Assembly: GCA_050692535.1 (NCBI GenBank) | Contig: JBOGVL010000001.1 | Coordinates: 1 to 41,252 of the forward strand | Reading direction: 5' to 3' | DNA from: Actinomycetota bacterium | Lineage (GTDB): Bacteria; Actinomycetota; UBA4738; HRBIN12 | Length of the DNA stretch: 41,252 nt | Part shown: one piece after another, positions 1-7,576 of the stretch | How the letters are laid out: each line of letters begins with the position of its first letter | Numbering within the stretch: the first letter of the stretch is position 1 | The notes under the pieces: model-generated | What the model saw: only the letters and a program-made list of their open reading frames with translations | Databases searched by the model: none | Told to the model about the DNA's origin: nothing | Made by a program: the position numbers and the translations under genes

Positions 1-375
1 CGGCGTCGTCTTCCCGAGCTCGTCCGATCGATCGGATCCGACCTGTCGCTCCTCGTGCGTCAACAGGGCGAGCTGGCGAAGCAGGAGCTGGGCGAGATGG
101 CCGAGGCGAAGGCCAAGGGGGCGGGGGTCCTCGCCGCCGCCGCCGTGCTCGGTCTGTTCGTGGTCGGGTTCGTCGGGCTGGCGGCGGCCGCCGCGCTCGA
201 TCTGGTCCTTCCGCGGTGGGCGGCTCTGTTGATCGTGGGCGTCGCCTACCTGCTGCTCGCCGGGATCGCGGCCCTCATCGGCCGGCGCGAGCTCGGCACG
301 AGCGTCAGTCCGGAACAGACGAAGCAGACGGTGAAGGAGGACGTGGAATGGGCCAAGCAACAGCTGAGAAGGTAA
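1..375 (+). CDS. Holin-X / phage-holin-family-like small membrane protein (5' end cut by window edge)
   Basis: Frame 1 is open from nt 1 (the ORF track begins it at GTG 55). Two long hydrophobic helices (VLAAAAVLGLFVVGFVGLAAAAAL; WAALLIVGVAYLLLAGIAALIG) are followed by a charged tail. It lies directly upstream of a DUF3618-like gene, a common actinobacterial pairing. Confidence 0.55.
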   Translation, partial: RRRLPELVRSIGSDLSLLVRQQGELAKQELGEMAEAKAKGAGVLAAAAVLGLFVVGFVGLAAAAALDLVLPRWAALLIVGVAYLLLAGIAALIGRRELGTSVSPEQTKQTVKEDVEWAKQQLRR

Positions 376-635
376 GCGAGATCGATCAGACGCGAAAGCG
401 GCTCGAGACCGAGCTGCGAGAGCTCGAGACCTACTTGCCGGCCGCCGCGCTCTGGGTCAAGCGCGCCGTGGGGGCCATCCATCGTCGCGGGCGGGATGAT
501 GACCTCGATCCTCGTCTTCTCGATCCGCAGGAAGCGCCGGCGGGACGCGGGCAGTCGCCTGCGCGACCTCGAACATCGACTGGATCGGGTCGAGCGCGAG
601 GTCGGCCGGCCGCACGCATACCGCTAGGTCGCTAG
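348..635 (+). CDS. DUF3618-like coiled-coil protein, apparently frame-broken near nt 470
   Basis: ATG 348 overlaps the end of the upstream gene. The N-terminus MGQATAEKVSEIDQTRKRLETELRELETYL is DUF3618-like. After about residue 42 this frame becomes Arg/Pro-rich junk, while frame 1 encodes a convincing TM helix plus basic anchor (see finding). Confidence 0.4.
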   Translation: MGQATAEKVSEIDQTRKRLETELRELETYLPAAALWVKRAVGAIHRRGRDDDLDPRLLDPQEAPAGRGQSPARPRTSTGSGRARGRPAARIPLGR

Positions 636-1222
636 AGCATCTCCGTGCGGGCCTGACGCGCACGGTCGGCCCCGATGGCGCTCTTGACGTTCTTCTCCTC
701 CTCGGGCGGAGGGAGCACGGCAGGCATGCCGAGAGACTCGATCCACAGCTCCCGTGCCCATCCCATCGTGTGGTAGAGGTGCTGGTCCTCCTCCTCTCCG
801 ACCTCCGAGTACGCCTCCTTGAGCGCCGTGCCCTCGTCGCCGGTGAGCGTCTGGGAGACCTCGTTCATCAGCTCCCAGTTCTGATGGTCCTTGGTCTCCG
901 CCTCGACGACGCACTCGGCGGCGACCAGCTGCGCGGCCTCCGGATCGGCCTGTCGCGCCGTCTCCATCGACTGGACGAGCGTCCGAACCTTGGTTCGCAG
1001 GATCGCCCGGCCGGGGGAATCGGCCTGAGGATCGAGCCGGAAGGCTCCGAGGACGCCGGTCATGACCTCGACGTGATGGCGGGTCTCCTCGAGGTACTTC
1101 TGCCACTCCTTGTTCAGATCCTCGTTGATCGCGCACCGGACGGCCGCCTCGTAGACCTGGACGCCTCCGAGCTCTGTCTCCAAGGCCTGGTACAGCAGTT
1201 CCTCGACCTGTTGCCTGTTCAT
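632..1222 (-). CDS. Ferritin-like / four-helix-bundle protein (hypothetical)
   Basis: Internal ATG at 1222 is preceded by GGAGGA (rc of 1226-1231). The 196-aa helical acidic protein has E/H-rich pairs (YLEETRHH, EEEDQHLYH). The upstream part of the 260-aa ORF looks non-coding. Confidence 0.55.
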   Translation of the reverse strand: MNRQQVEELLYQALETELGGVQVYEAAVRCAINEDLNKEWQKYLEETRHHVEVMTGVLGAFRLDPQADSPGRAILRTKVRTLVQSMETARQADPEAAQLVAAECVVEAETKDHQNWELMNEVSQTLTGDEGTALKEAYSEVGEEEDQHLYHTMGWARELWIESLGMPAVLPPPEEEKNVKSAIGADRARQARTEML

Positions 1223-1584
1223 CTGTCCTCCTTGCCGATCACTCAGGCTCGCCTGTGGACTTCCCCGGCGTCGCCGCATCATGAGGACGTCCCGACGTTG
1301 GCCGCTGTCGTTCGTCGCGGAGCGTGAGTTCCCATGACCGGCCAAGGTCAAACGCGCAGGGATGACGGCGCCGCGAGGGACGCGGCCGCTCTTCGAGGGC
1401 GAACGCTCCGGCACGTCAGCTCGACGGCGGAGGAGAGTCGAGATGCTCCGTTCGTGCTCGGCATCTCGCGGGTGCCGGGATCGGCACCCGGTGGTCAGCG
1501 CAGGCGTTCCCCTTCGATCGGTGCCTCGTTTCTTGATTCCTGCATGGGTGAGGGGTGACGCCTGGCCGACAGGTCAGCTGCTGA

Positions 1585-1971
1585 TCACAGGTTCTCCCAC
1601 AACCCAACCACGTTCCCCTCGCTGTCCTTGAAGTACGCGAAGGCACCCATGTCGGGGATCTCCGTCCTTGGCTGAACGACGCTGCCGCCGCCCGCCTCGA
1701 TCTTCTTCAGCGAGTCATCGATGGCGTCGACGCCGATCGTGATGACCGATACGGGGGTGTCCGAGCTCCGGGTCATCAGGCCGCCGTTGATCGCGCCCGG
1801 CTCGGTCGGGATCCGGCTCTGCTCGTCGATCGGGGTCGTTGTGACGGTGGTGTAGACGTTCCCGCCGCCCATGTCCATGTCGTTGAGCTCCCAATCGAAG
1901 ATGGAGCGATAGAACTCCTTCGCTCGCGCCGCGTCGTCCACCGGAATCTCGAAATGCACGACCTTGTCCAT
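1585..1971 (-). CDS. VOC (glyoxalase/bleomycin-resistance/dioxygenase) family protein
   Basis: 128 aa, MDKVVHFEIPVDD...AYFKDSEGNVVGLWE. This is a typical VOC fold signature. It is a paralog of 20401-20790. Confidence 0.9.
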   Translation of the reverse strand: MDKVVHFEIPVDDAARAKEFYRSIFDWELNDMDMGGGNVYTTVTTTPIDEQSRIPTEPGAINGGLMTRSSDTPVSVITIGVDAIDDSLKKIEAGGGSVVQPRTEIPDMGAFAYFKDSEGNVVGLWENL

Positions 1972-2159
1972 TCCTGTCCTCCTTCCAGCGAGGCACCGAC
2001 CATCGAGAGCCTATGACGTCCGGACCTGAAACGTCCTGGGGCATCGTGCCTCCCCGCTCGAGTCCGGATGGGAGCCGTCTCCGGATGGGCGCCGTCGCGC
2101 AAGATAGGACCCTCGACCGGCGGGGTTTGTTCGTCGGGGCTGGCGGATAGCATCTCTCC

Positions 2160-2471
2160 ATGGCTGGTCAGGAGCGTGACATCCTCGAGCGAGCGGTCCA
2201 GGCCCTCGGCGACGAGGCGGCAGCCGCGAATACCATCGTTGACGAGGCTCTGATCGCTGGCCTCGGGGAGTCCCATCCCGTCACCATCCAGGCGAAGATC
2301 CTGCGCCAAGAGCTCCTCCAAGTGATGGGCGAGCTCGAGCGAGATCTGAGTCGGTTCGTTCTCGATTGCACGGCCTGCGGCCGGACCGTTCACTGGGTTG
2401 CCGGTCCCGGCGTCTCGGCCGGCCACTGGGCACACCGGGAACCTGCTCCGCATCACGAACCCGCGTTCTAG
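2160..2471 (+). CDS. Hypothetical small protein, family shared with 26792-27082; C-terminal CxxC...H..H
   Basis: 103-aa ORF. Its about 60-aa core (ILERAVQALGDEAAAANTIVDEALIAGLGESHPVTIQAKILRQELLQVMGELERDL) is clearly homologous to the 26792 ORF. Confidence 0.55.
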   Translation: MAGQERDILERAVQALGDEAAAANTIVDEALIAGLGESHPVTIQAKILRQELLQVMGELERDLSRFVLDCTACGRTVHWVAGPGVSAGHWAHREPAPHHEPAF

Positions 2472-2521
2472 GTTTGCCTCTGGATGCATTCCGTCGGTGC
2501 CCGCTGGAAAGGGGAAGGGTG

Positions 2522-2983
2522 ATGGACTCTCCAGTCGGGAGGCGGCATGTGCGACGGTACCCCCGTATCGCCGCGATTTCGGTGGCTCTCGCTGCGCTCG
2601 CCGCGTGCAGCGGCGACGGGGGCGGCACGGTGGCGGTGACACTCCAGGAGTTCTCGGTCGCGACCGATCCCGCGTCGGTGGATGCCGGCGAGGTTGTGTT
2701 CGAGGCGACGAACGAGGGTCCCGACGACGTTCACGAGTTCGTGGTATTCCGAACGGACCTCGGCCCGACCGAGCTCCCGACCGACGAGAACGGTGCCGTC
2801 GTCGAAACGCGCGAGGGGATCGAGCTGATCGGCGAGATCGAGGACATTCCGGTTGGGGAGACCCAGAGCGTGACCCTGGACCTCGAGGCCGGCAACTACG
2901 TGTTGATCTGCAACATCTGGGACGAGGACGAGCAGGAATCCCACTATCAGGAGGGGATGCGCACCAGCTTCACGGTCGAGTAG
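2522..2983 (+). CDS. Cupredoxin-like (type-1 copper site) lipoprotein
   Basis: ATG 2522 follows GGAAAGGGGAAGGG. The signal peptide has lipobox LAAC. His (VHEF), Cys (LICN), His (SHY) and Met (EGM) are arranged like blue-copper ligands. Confidence 0.75.
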   Translation: MDSPVGRRHVRRYPRIAAISVALAALAACSGDGGGTVAVTLQEFSVATDPASVDAGEVVFEATNEGPDDVHEFVVFRTDLGPTELPTDENGAVVETREGIELIGEIEDIPVGETQSVTLDLEAGNYVLICNIWDEDEQESHYQEGMRTSFTVE

Positions 2984-3156
2984 CTCGCGCAATCGTGGGG
3001 CAGGAAGGCGGAGCGTCGCTTTCTGCTGCATGACGGATGGGCTCGCATGGATGCCCGGCCCCAACAACGCCTGCGATCCGGTAGGCCTGTGGTTCCGGGC
3101 ACGGTTTGCACGATGCAGAACGAGGGAATCTGCATCCCGACCTGGGGAGGTGCTGG

Positions 3157-3348
3157 ATGGCAGGAGCGGCGATGCAAGCCAAGGGGAAGGCGAACAAGGT
3201 CGCGGGATCCGCCAAGAAGGCGGTCGGAAAGGCAACGAAGAATCGGAGTCTTCAGGCGAAAGGATCCGCGCAGAGGGCGAAGGGCACGATTCAAGACGCA
3301 GTCGGCAAGGTTGAGCGGAAGGTTCGTGGCGGGAGCCGTTCGCTGTGA
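3157..3348 (+). CDS. CsbD-family stress protein
   Basis: ATG 3157 lies 6 nt after GGAGG. The Lys/Gly/Ala-rich 63-aa sequence (KANKVAGSAKKAVGKATKN...GTIQDAVGKV) is typical of CsbD. Confidence 0.8.
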   Translation: MAGAAMQAKGKANKVAGSAKKAVGKATKNRSLQAKGSAQRAKGTIQDAVGKVERKVRGGSRSL

Positions 3349-4065
3349 ATGGCTGCTCTTGACGATCCACGAGGCGTTGCCGCATTCTTGCCAACCGTCC
3401 GCACCCCGCCGGCCGAGCCGAGACTTGCGCCTCGGCAACCTGGCGTCGGGCTGGCACTCGTCGGCGTACGCGCCGGTGCGGGCGGAAAGACTCCTGTAAG
3501 AAGCGGTCGGTATGGTGCGCGCATCGCGAAGATTCGACGACTCATTTCGTGCTGGCTCGGAGCAGCGCTCGTGCTCCTCTCCGCCTGCTCGGGCGCCCCA
3601 GACCCGGGCGCGACCGGGTCCACGTCAAGGTCCTCGACCAGGCCGCCGGCGTCCGCGGTCGCCGAGGTCCTGGACTTCTCGTCGCCGAAGCTGGGCGGGG
3701 GAACGGTCCGGGGGGCCGACTACGCCGGGGCCGATCTCGCGATCTGGTTCTGGGCTCCGTGGTGACCGTATTGTCGGGGCGAGGCCCCCGACGTCGCGCG
3801 GGTCGCGCGCGAGTATGGAGATCGGATCGAGTTCCTCGGCATGGCCGCCCTCGACTCCACCGACGCCATGCAGCGGTTCGTCGATGAGTTCTCGCTCAAC
3901 TTCCCGCAAGCGGTCTCCGAGGACGGCTCGCTGTGGGCACGGTTCGGCGTGCCCTATCAGCCGGCTTGGGTGTTCGTGGACGACGACGGCCAGGTGACGG
4001 TGATCCAGGGCGTGCTCCCCGACGACGAGCTTCGGAGGATCCTGGACGAGCTCGCGGCGAGTTAG
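3349..4065 (+). CDS. TlpA/ResA-like thioredoxin-fold lipoprotein with one in-frame TGA (3763-3765) at the first Cys of CxxC: Sec candidate or pseudogene
   Basis: Frame 1 is continuous from 3349 to 4065 except for the TGA. It reads ...LVLLSAC(lipobox)...AIWFWAPW[TGA]PYCRGEAPDVARVAREYGDRIEFLGMAALDS...GVPYQPAWVFVDDDGQV. The start is uncertain: there is no canonical start codon just before the signal peptide, and ATG 3349 abuts the csbD stop. Confidence 0.6.
3773..3792 (+). promoter_or_regulatory. GC hairpin 7 nt downstream of the in-frame TGA (candidate bacterial SECIS-like element)
   Basis: gtcgggg (3773-3779) / loop cgaggc / ccccgac (3786-3792) forms a perfect 7-bp stem. A second small hairpin, cgcgcg-ggt-cgcgcg, lies at 3795-3809. 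Confidence 0.3.
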
Positions 4066-4210
4066 AGGGTCGGCGGACCCCGGTGGGCCAAGTCCCCACA
4101 CTCGGCGGAATCCGGGCTCCCCGTAAAGGGGACCGATCGAGGATCCGTCCGCCCCGGCCACGGGCGGCGAGTGCGCCGCCGTGGAGGTCCCGCTCGAGTT
4201 CCTCTTCCCG

Positions 4211-4264
4211 TAGCCCGTCCGTCGCGAGCCGATCGGGTAGCCCGTCCGTCGCGAGCCGATCGGG
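4211..4264. repeat. Perfect 27-bp tandem duplication (2 copies)
   Basis: tagcccgtccgtcgcgagccgatcggg occurs at 4211-4237 and again at 4238-4264, in a convergent intergenic region. Confidence 0.95.
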
Positions 4265-4291
4265 CCGCCGATGGTCGGCTGCCGTTGTTCC

Positions 4292-4522
4292 TCAGCGACG
4301 ATCGTCGAACTCGTCGTCCTCCTCGACACCGCGAGCCTGGTCAAGCGCGTCGGCCTCCGGCCGCTCGCCGACCCGGTTCAGCTCCTCGGGCGGTGGCTGA
4401 ACGTCCGTGGCCTGCTCGAGCGCGTCGGCCTCGGGGACGCCGGCGTCGCCGGCCGGGTCGGCGTGTTCGGACCGGCGCTCTTCATCGGCGATCTCAGCCT
4501 CATCGGGGAATCGCTCCTCCAT
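4292..4522 (-). CDS. Small acidic hypothetical protein (76 aa) with internal PEADAL(E/D)QA repeat
   Basis: ATG 4522 lies 6 nt after GGAGAGGAG. It is directly downstream of, and co-oriented with, the nitroreductase gene. Confidence 0.5.
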   Translation of the reverse strand: MEERFPDEAEIADEERRSEHADPAGDAGVPEADALEQATDVQPPPEELNRVGERPEADALDQARGVEEDDEFDDRR

Positions 4523-4575
4523 CGCGCGCTCCTCTCCCGGCCCGCTTCTTCGCGTGGCCGTACGATCGGCATTCC

Positions 4576-5091
4576 TCACCAGCGCTCGCGGTGTACGACG
4601 TCGTCGAACGATCGTCGGTTCGGGTGAAGGATCGGCCTGAGCGGCCGATCGTCGGGATGACCGAGCGCGACGAGGATCGGGCACTCCCGGTCGTCGGGAA
4701 GGCCGAGGATCCGACGGGCGAGTCCCTGATCGCCGACGGAGGCGTGGCCGCTCCCGATGGCGAGGTCCGCGGCGGCGAGCATGATCGACATCGTCACCTG
4801 CCCGAGGTCGTACAGCAGGATGTCGCGCTCCTCTCGGTCCTCGGAGGCCGGCACGACGAGAGCGATCGTGGCTGCCGAGTCCGCGACATGAGCCGCGTAG
4901 CGCCACATGCTCGACAGCTCGCGGAGGCGATCGCGGTCGGTCACCACGACGAAGTCCCACGCCTGCTGGTTCACAGAGGATGGCGTTCGGCGGGCGGCCT
5001 CGAGGATCCGATCGAGCTCCTCGGCAGCGATCTGCCGGGCGGTGTACCTCCGCACGTTCCTGCGAGCTCTGAGGACGTCCCAAGTCTCCAT
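4576..5091 (-). CDS. Nitroreductase family protein
   Basis: 171 aa, METWDVLRARRNVRRYT...RRTPSSVNQQAWDFVVV...LYDLGQ. This is the classic nitroreductase N-terminal signature. Confidence 0.85.
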   Translation of the reverse strand: METWDVLRARRNVRRYTARQIAAEELDRILEAARRTPSSVNQQAWDFVVVTDRDRLRELSSMWRYAAHVADSAATIALVVPASEDREERDILLYDLGQVTMSIMLAAADLAIGSGHASVGDQGLARRILGLPDDRECPILVALGHPDDRPLRPILHPNRRSFDDVVHRERW

Positions 5092-5178
5092 GGGTAGACG
5101 ATAGGTGTTCGGTCCGAGGCATCGCATCGGGGAGGGTGGCGCGACCGGTCCCGAGGATTGCCCACGAGGAGGCCCGCC

Positions 5179-5712
5179 ATGGAACGCGCGACGCCGGTGG
5201 TGATCCGGGGGCCACAGCTCCTGCTTCGGCGGCTGCGACCCGCAGAGATCGACGTGGAGTGGCGGGCCATGGTCGAAGCCGATCCGATGACGATCGCCGC
5301 CCTCCCGGACGAGGCCGACTTCAAGTCCCGACTGCGACGATCGGGTTGGCTGGCGGACGGCTGGCTCGATCTCGCGATCGACCTCGACGGTGAATCGATC
5401 GGGCGTATCCAGACGTTCGTCCCCCCAAGCCGACCACTGCCTCCGGGCGTGTTCGAGGTCGGAATCGGGCTTCGCGCGCACGCGCGCGGCAAGGGCTACG
5501 GTCGCGAGGCCCTCGAACTCCTCACCGACTGGCTGTTCGAACATGCGGCGGCTCAGCGCGTCGAGGCTCCCACCGACCCCGACAACCTGGCGATGCGGAC
5601 GGTCTTTGAGCGGCTCGGCTGGGAGCTCGTGGGAACGCTGGACGACTTCGATCGGACCTGGGTGATGTACGCGATCACCCGGGCGCAGTGGGAGACTCGG
5701 CGCAAGACATGA
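5179..5712 (+). CDS. GNAT family N-acetyltransferase (RimJ/RimL-like)
   Basis: ATG 5179 lies 6 nt after GAGGAGG. It has the acetyl-CoA motif RGKGYGREALELL. The ORF track's TTG 5158 is a less likely start. Confidence 0.85.
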   Translation: MERATPVVIRGPQLLLRRLRPAEIDVEWRAMVEADPMTIAALPDEADFKSRLRRSGWLADGWLDLAIDLDGESIGRIQTFVPPSRPLPPGVFEVGIGLRAHARGKGYGREALELLTDWLFEHAAAQRVEAPTDPDNLAMRTVFERLGWELVGTLDDFDRTWVMYAITRAQWETRRKT

Positions 5713-6004
5713 CGATCCACGGCTCGAAAATCCTGATCACGCCCAAACCGACACCCTGGCTCGCGCTGCGCGAGCGACCCGGCCCCAGGCGATCAGGCGA
5801 CGTGGTAGTGGTAGTCGGTTTGCACTCGGACCCGTGTAGCGTGCATGAAGGTAGTCGTGGTCGGCAGGCACCCAGAGCGCCTTGGGCTGCTCCGAGGAGG
5901 CTGACGGAGACGGTGAGCTCCTCGAAGCCCGCCGATGAATTCATCCGGCCGGCGTCGTCTACCTGAATGCCACCAGATGCGGCCTACCCTAGGAGGGGAG
6001 CAAC

Positions 6005-6622
6005 ATGAGGAAAGTCATCGCGGGCCTGTTCATGTCGCTCGACGGCGTCGTCGAGGCGCCCGACCAGTGGCACTTCCCGTACTTCAACGACGAGATGGGT
6101 GCTGCCGTCGACGCGACGTTCGGCTCTGCCGACACCATGCTCTTCGGTCGCAAGACCTACGACAGCTTCGCAGGGGCGTGGCCGGCGCGGGAAGCGGCCG
6201 GCGAGGAGGACGCCGGCTTTGCCAAAGCGCTCGGTGATGCACGCAAGATCGTCGTATCGAATCAACCGCTGGAGTTCACCTGGCGGAACTCCGAGCAGCT
6301 GAGCGGCGACCTCGTCGAGGCCGTCGCCGCCTTGAAGAGCGAGCCGGGCGACTCGAACATCGCCCTGAGCGGCTCGGTCTCCGTCGCCCGCCAACTGCTC
6401 GCGGCGGGGCTGCTGGACGAGCTGCACCTGTTGGTGCACCCGATCGCCGTCCGCAAGGGCATGAGGCTGTTCGACGAAGGCGAATCCCGGATCCCGTTGA
6501 CATTGATCAAGTCCGAAACGTTCGAGACGGGTGTCCTGAACCTCGTCTACGCGCCCGCGCAGTCGACCGTCGAAGGCACCTACGAGGACGCCAAGTCCCA
6601 CCTGTCCCAGCCCGACCGGTAG
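6005..6622 (+). CDS. Dihydrofolate-reductase-like (RibD C-terminal domain) family protein
   Basis: MRKVIAGLFMSLDGVVE...TMLFGRKTYDSF...ELHLLVHPI, preceded by a GGAGGGGAG RBS. It is one of three paralogs. Confidence 0.9.
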   Translation: MRKVIAGLFMSLDGVVEAPDQWHFPYFNDEMGAAVDATFGSADTMLFGRKTYDSFAGAWPAREAAGEEDAGFAKALGDARKIVVSNQPLEFTWRNSEQLSGDLVEAVAALKSEPGDSNIALSGSVSVARQLLAAGLLDELHLLVHPIAVRKGMRLFDEGESRIPLTLIKSETFETGVLNLVYAPAQSTVEGTYEDAKSHLSQPDR

Positions 6623-6682
6623 ATACGATCGTCGCTCCAAGCGGCACGCCTCCACGGTCGGTGGATGGCGAGGCCGGCAAGT

Positions 6683-7540
6683 CTATGTGCGGCGTTCGGC
6701 CTCCTCCTCCGGCCCGGGGTGCTTCTCTTCGGGGGACAGGTGCATGCCTTCGGTCGAGGATCGTTTTGGCTCGAATGCCGGCGCCGGCTGTTCGTCCTCG
6801 ATGTGGGTCGACACCCGCTTTGCGAATCGGAACCCTTGGCGGTGCGGTCCAGGCTCCGTCGGTTCGTTGCCCGGGCTGTCGAGATACCGTCGAATGCCGT
6901 TCGCGAACTGGATCCCTTCGAGTTGATTGTCCGTCAGCACCTCGCCATCAGCCTCCTTTGGCGCGAGAACGTCGCGAACCAGCAAGAACAGCGTTGGATG
7001 GTCGAGCGAGCCGGGGTCCCAATGTTCGTCGCCGGGGATCTCGACGTGGCCGTAGACGTGCGGATCATCCCAGACCTCGGATCGACGATAGTACGTGTCC
7101 ACCGCCGCCGGCAGGCGGTCGAGTCGGGTCGGCCACCGACGGGGACGCCGCAACGCCGTCGAGACGAAGCCGCGGCGATGCAGGAGCGCCAAGAGCGCAA
7201 CGAGCGGAGCGAGGCTCGAGGCCTTCGGAAGCCAGGGATCGAGCCTGGAGAACTCGACGATCTCGATCTGGAGCAGATCATGATCGTGTTCGTCGACGGC
7301 GGAACCTCTCGCCCAGAGCGGTCGATGTTGGCCGATGACGTCTTCGCCGACCTGGAACTCGGTCGGAAAGCGGAGCTGCTCCACATAGCCGTCCGTCTGC
7401 GTCGTGTGGAGGCAGAGCAGCGGGTTGTTCCGACGTCGGCGTTCGTATGGACCCTGCGGGAAGTGCTTGACCTCGACGAGCGTCCCGTTCGGCCCCGGAA
7501 GCTTCCCCACGACCCATCCGTTGTCGATCTCGTACGTCAC
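6683..7540 (-). CDS. Hypothetical protein, possible amidase_2/PGRP-like N-acetylmuramoyl-L-alanine amidase domain
   Basis: 285 aa. The LCLHTTQTD ... HVYGHVEIPGDEHWDPG pattern resembles Zn-amidase_2 motifs. There is no signal peptide. The functional call is tentative. Confidence 0.5.
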   Translation of the reverse strand: MTYEIDNGWVVGKLPGPNGTLVEVKHFPQGPYERRRRNNPLLCLHTTQTDGYVEQLRFPTEFQVGEDVIGQHRPLWARGSAVDEHDHDLLQIEIVEFSRLDPWLPKASSLAPLVALLALLHRRGFVSTALRRPRRWPTRLDRLPAAVDTYYRRSEVWDDPHVYGHVEIPGDEHWDPGSLDHPTLFLLVRDVLAPKEADGEVLTDNQLEGIQFANGIRRYLDSPGNEPTEPGPHRQGFRFAKRVSTHIEDEQPAPAFEPKRSSTEGMHLSPEEKHPGPEEEAERRT

Positions 7541-7576
7541 GCCCTGTATCCGATCGCCATCCGCCGCGCCAGCGGC

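Noticed and set aside
3512-3997. The 161-aa ORF starting at ATG 3512, considered as an alternative reading of the redoxin locus.
   Set aside because: The product is Arg/Pro/Ser-rich junk, whereas frame 1 gives a textbook lipoprotein signal and thioredoxin fold. I keep only the possibility that ATG 3512 plus an early frameshift supplies the start, and I cannot show this.
5713-6004. A 290-nt gap with short minus-strand reading frames (e.g. ...KALWVPADHDYLHARYTG...).
   Set aside because: There is no start or RBS, no recognisable family and the frames are broken. I left it unannotated.
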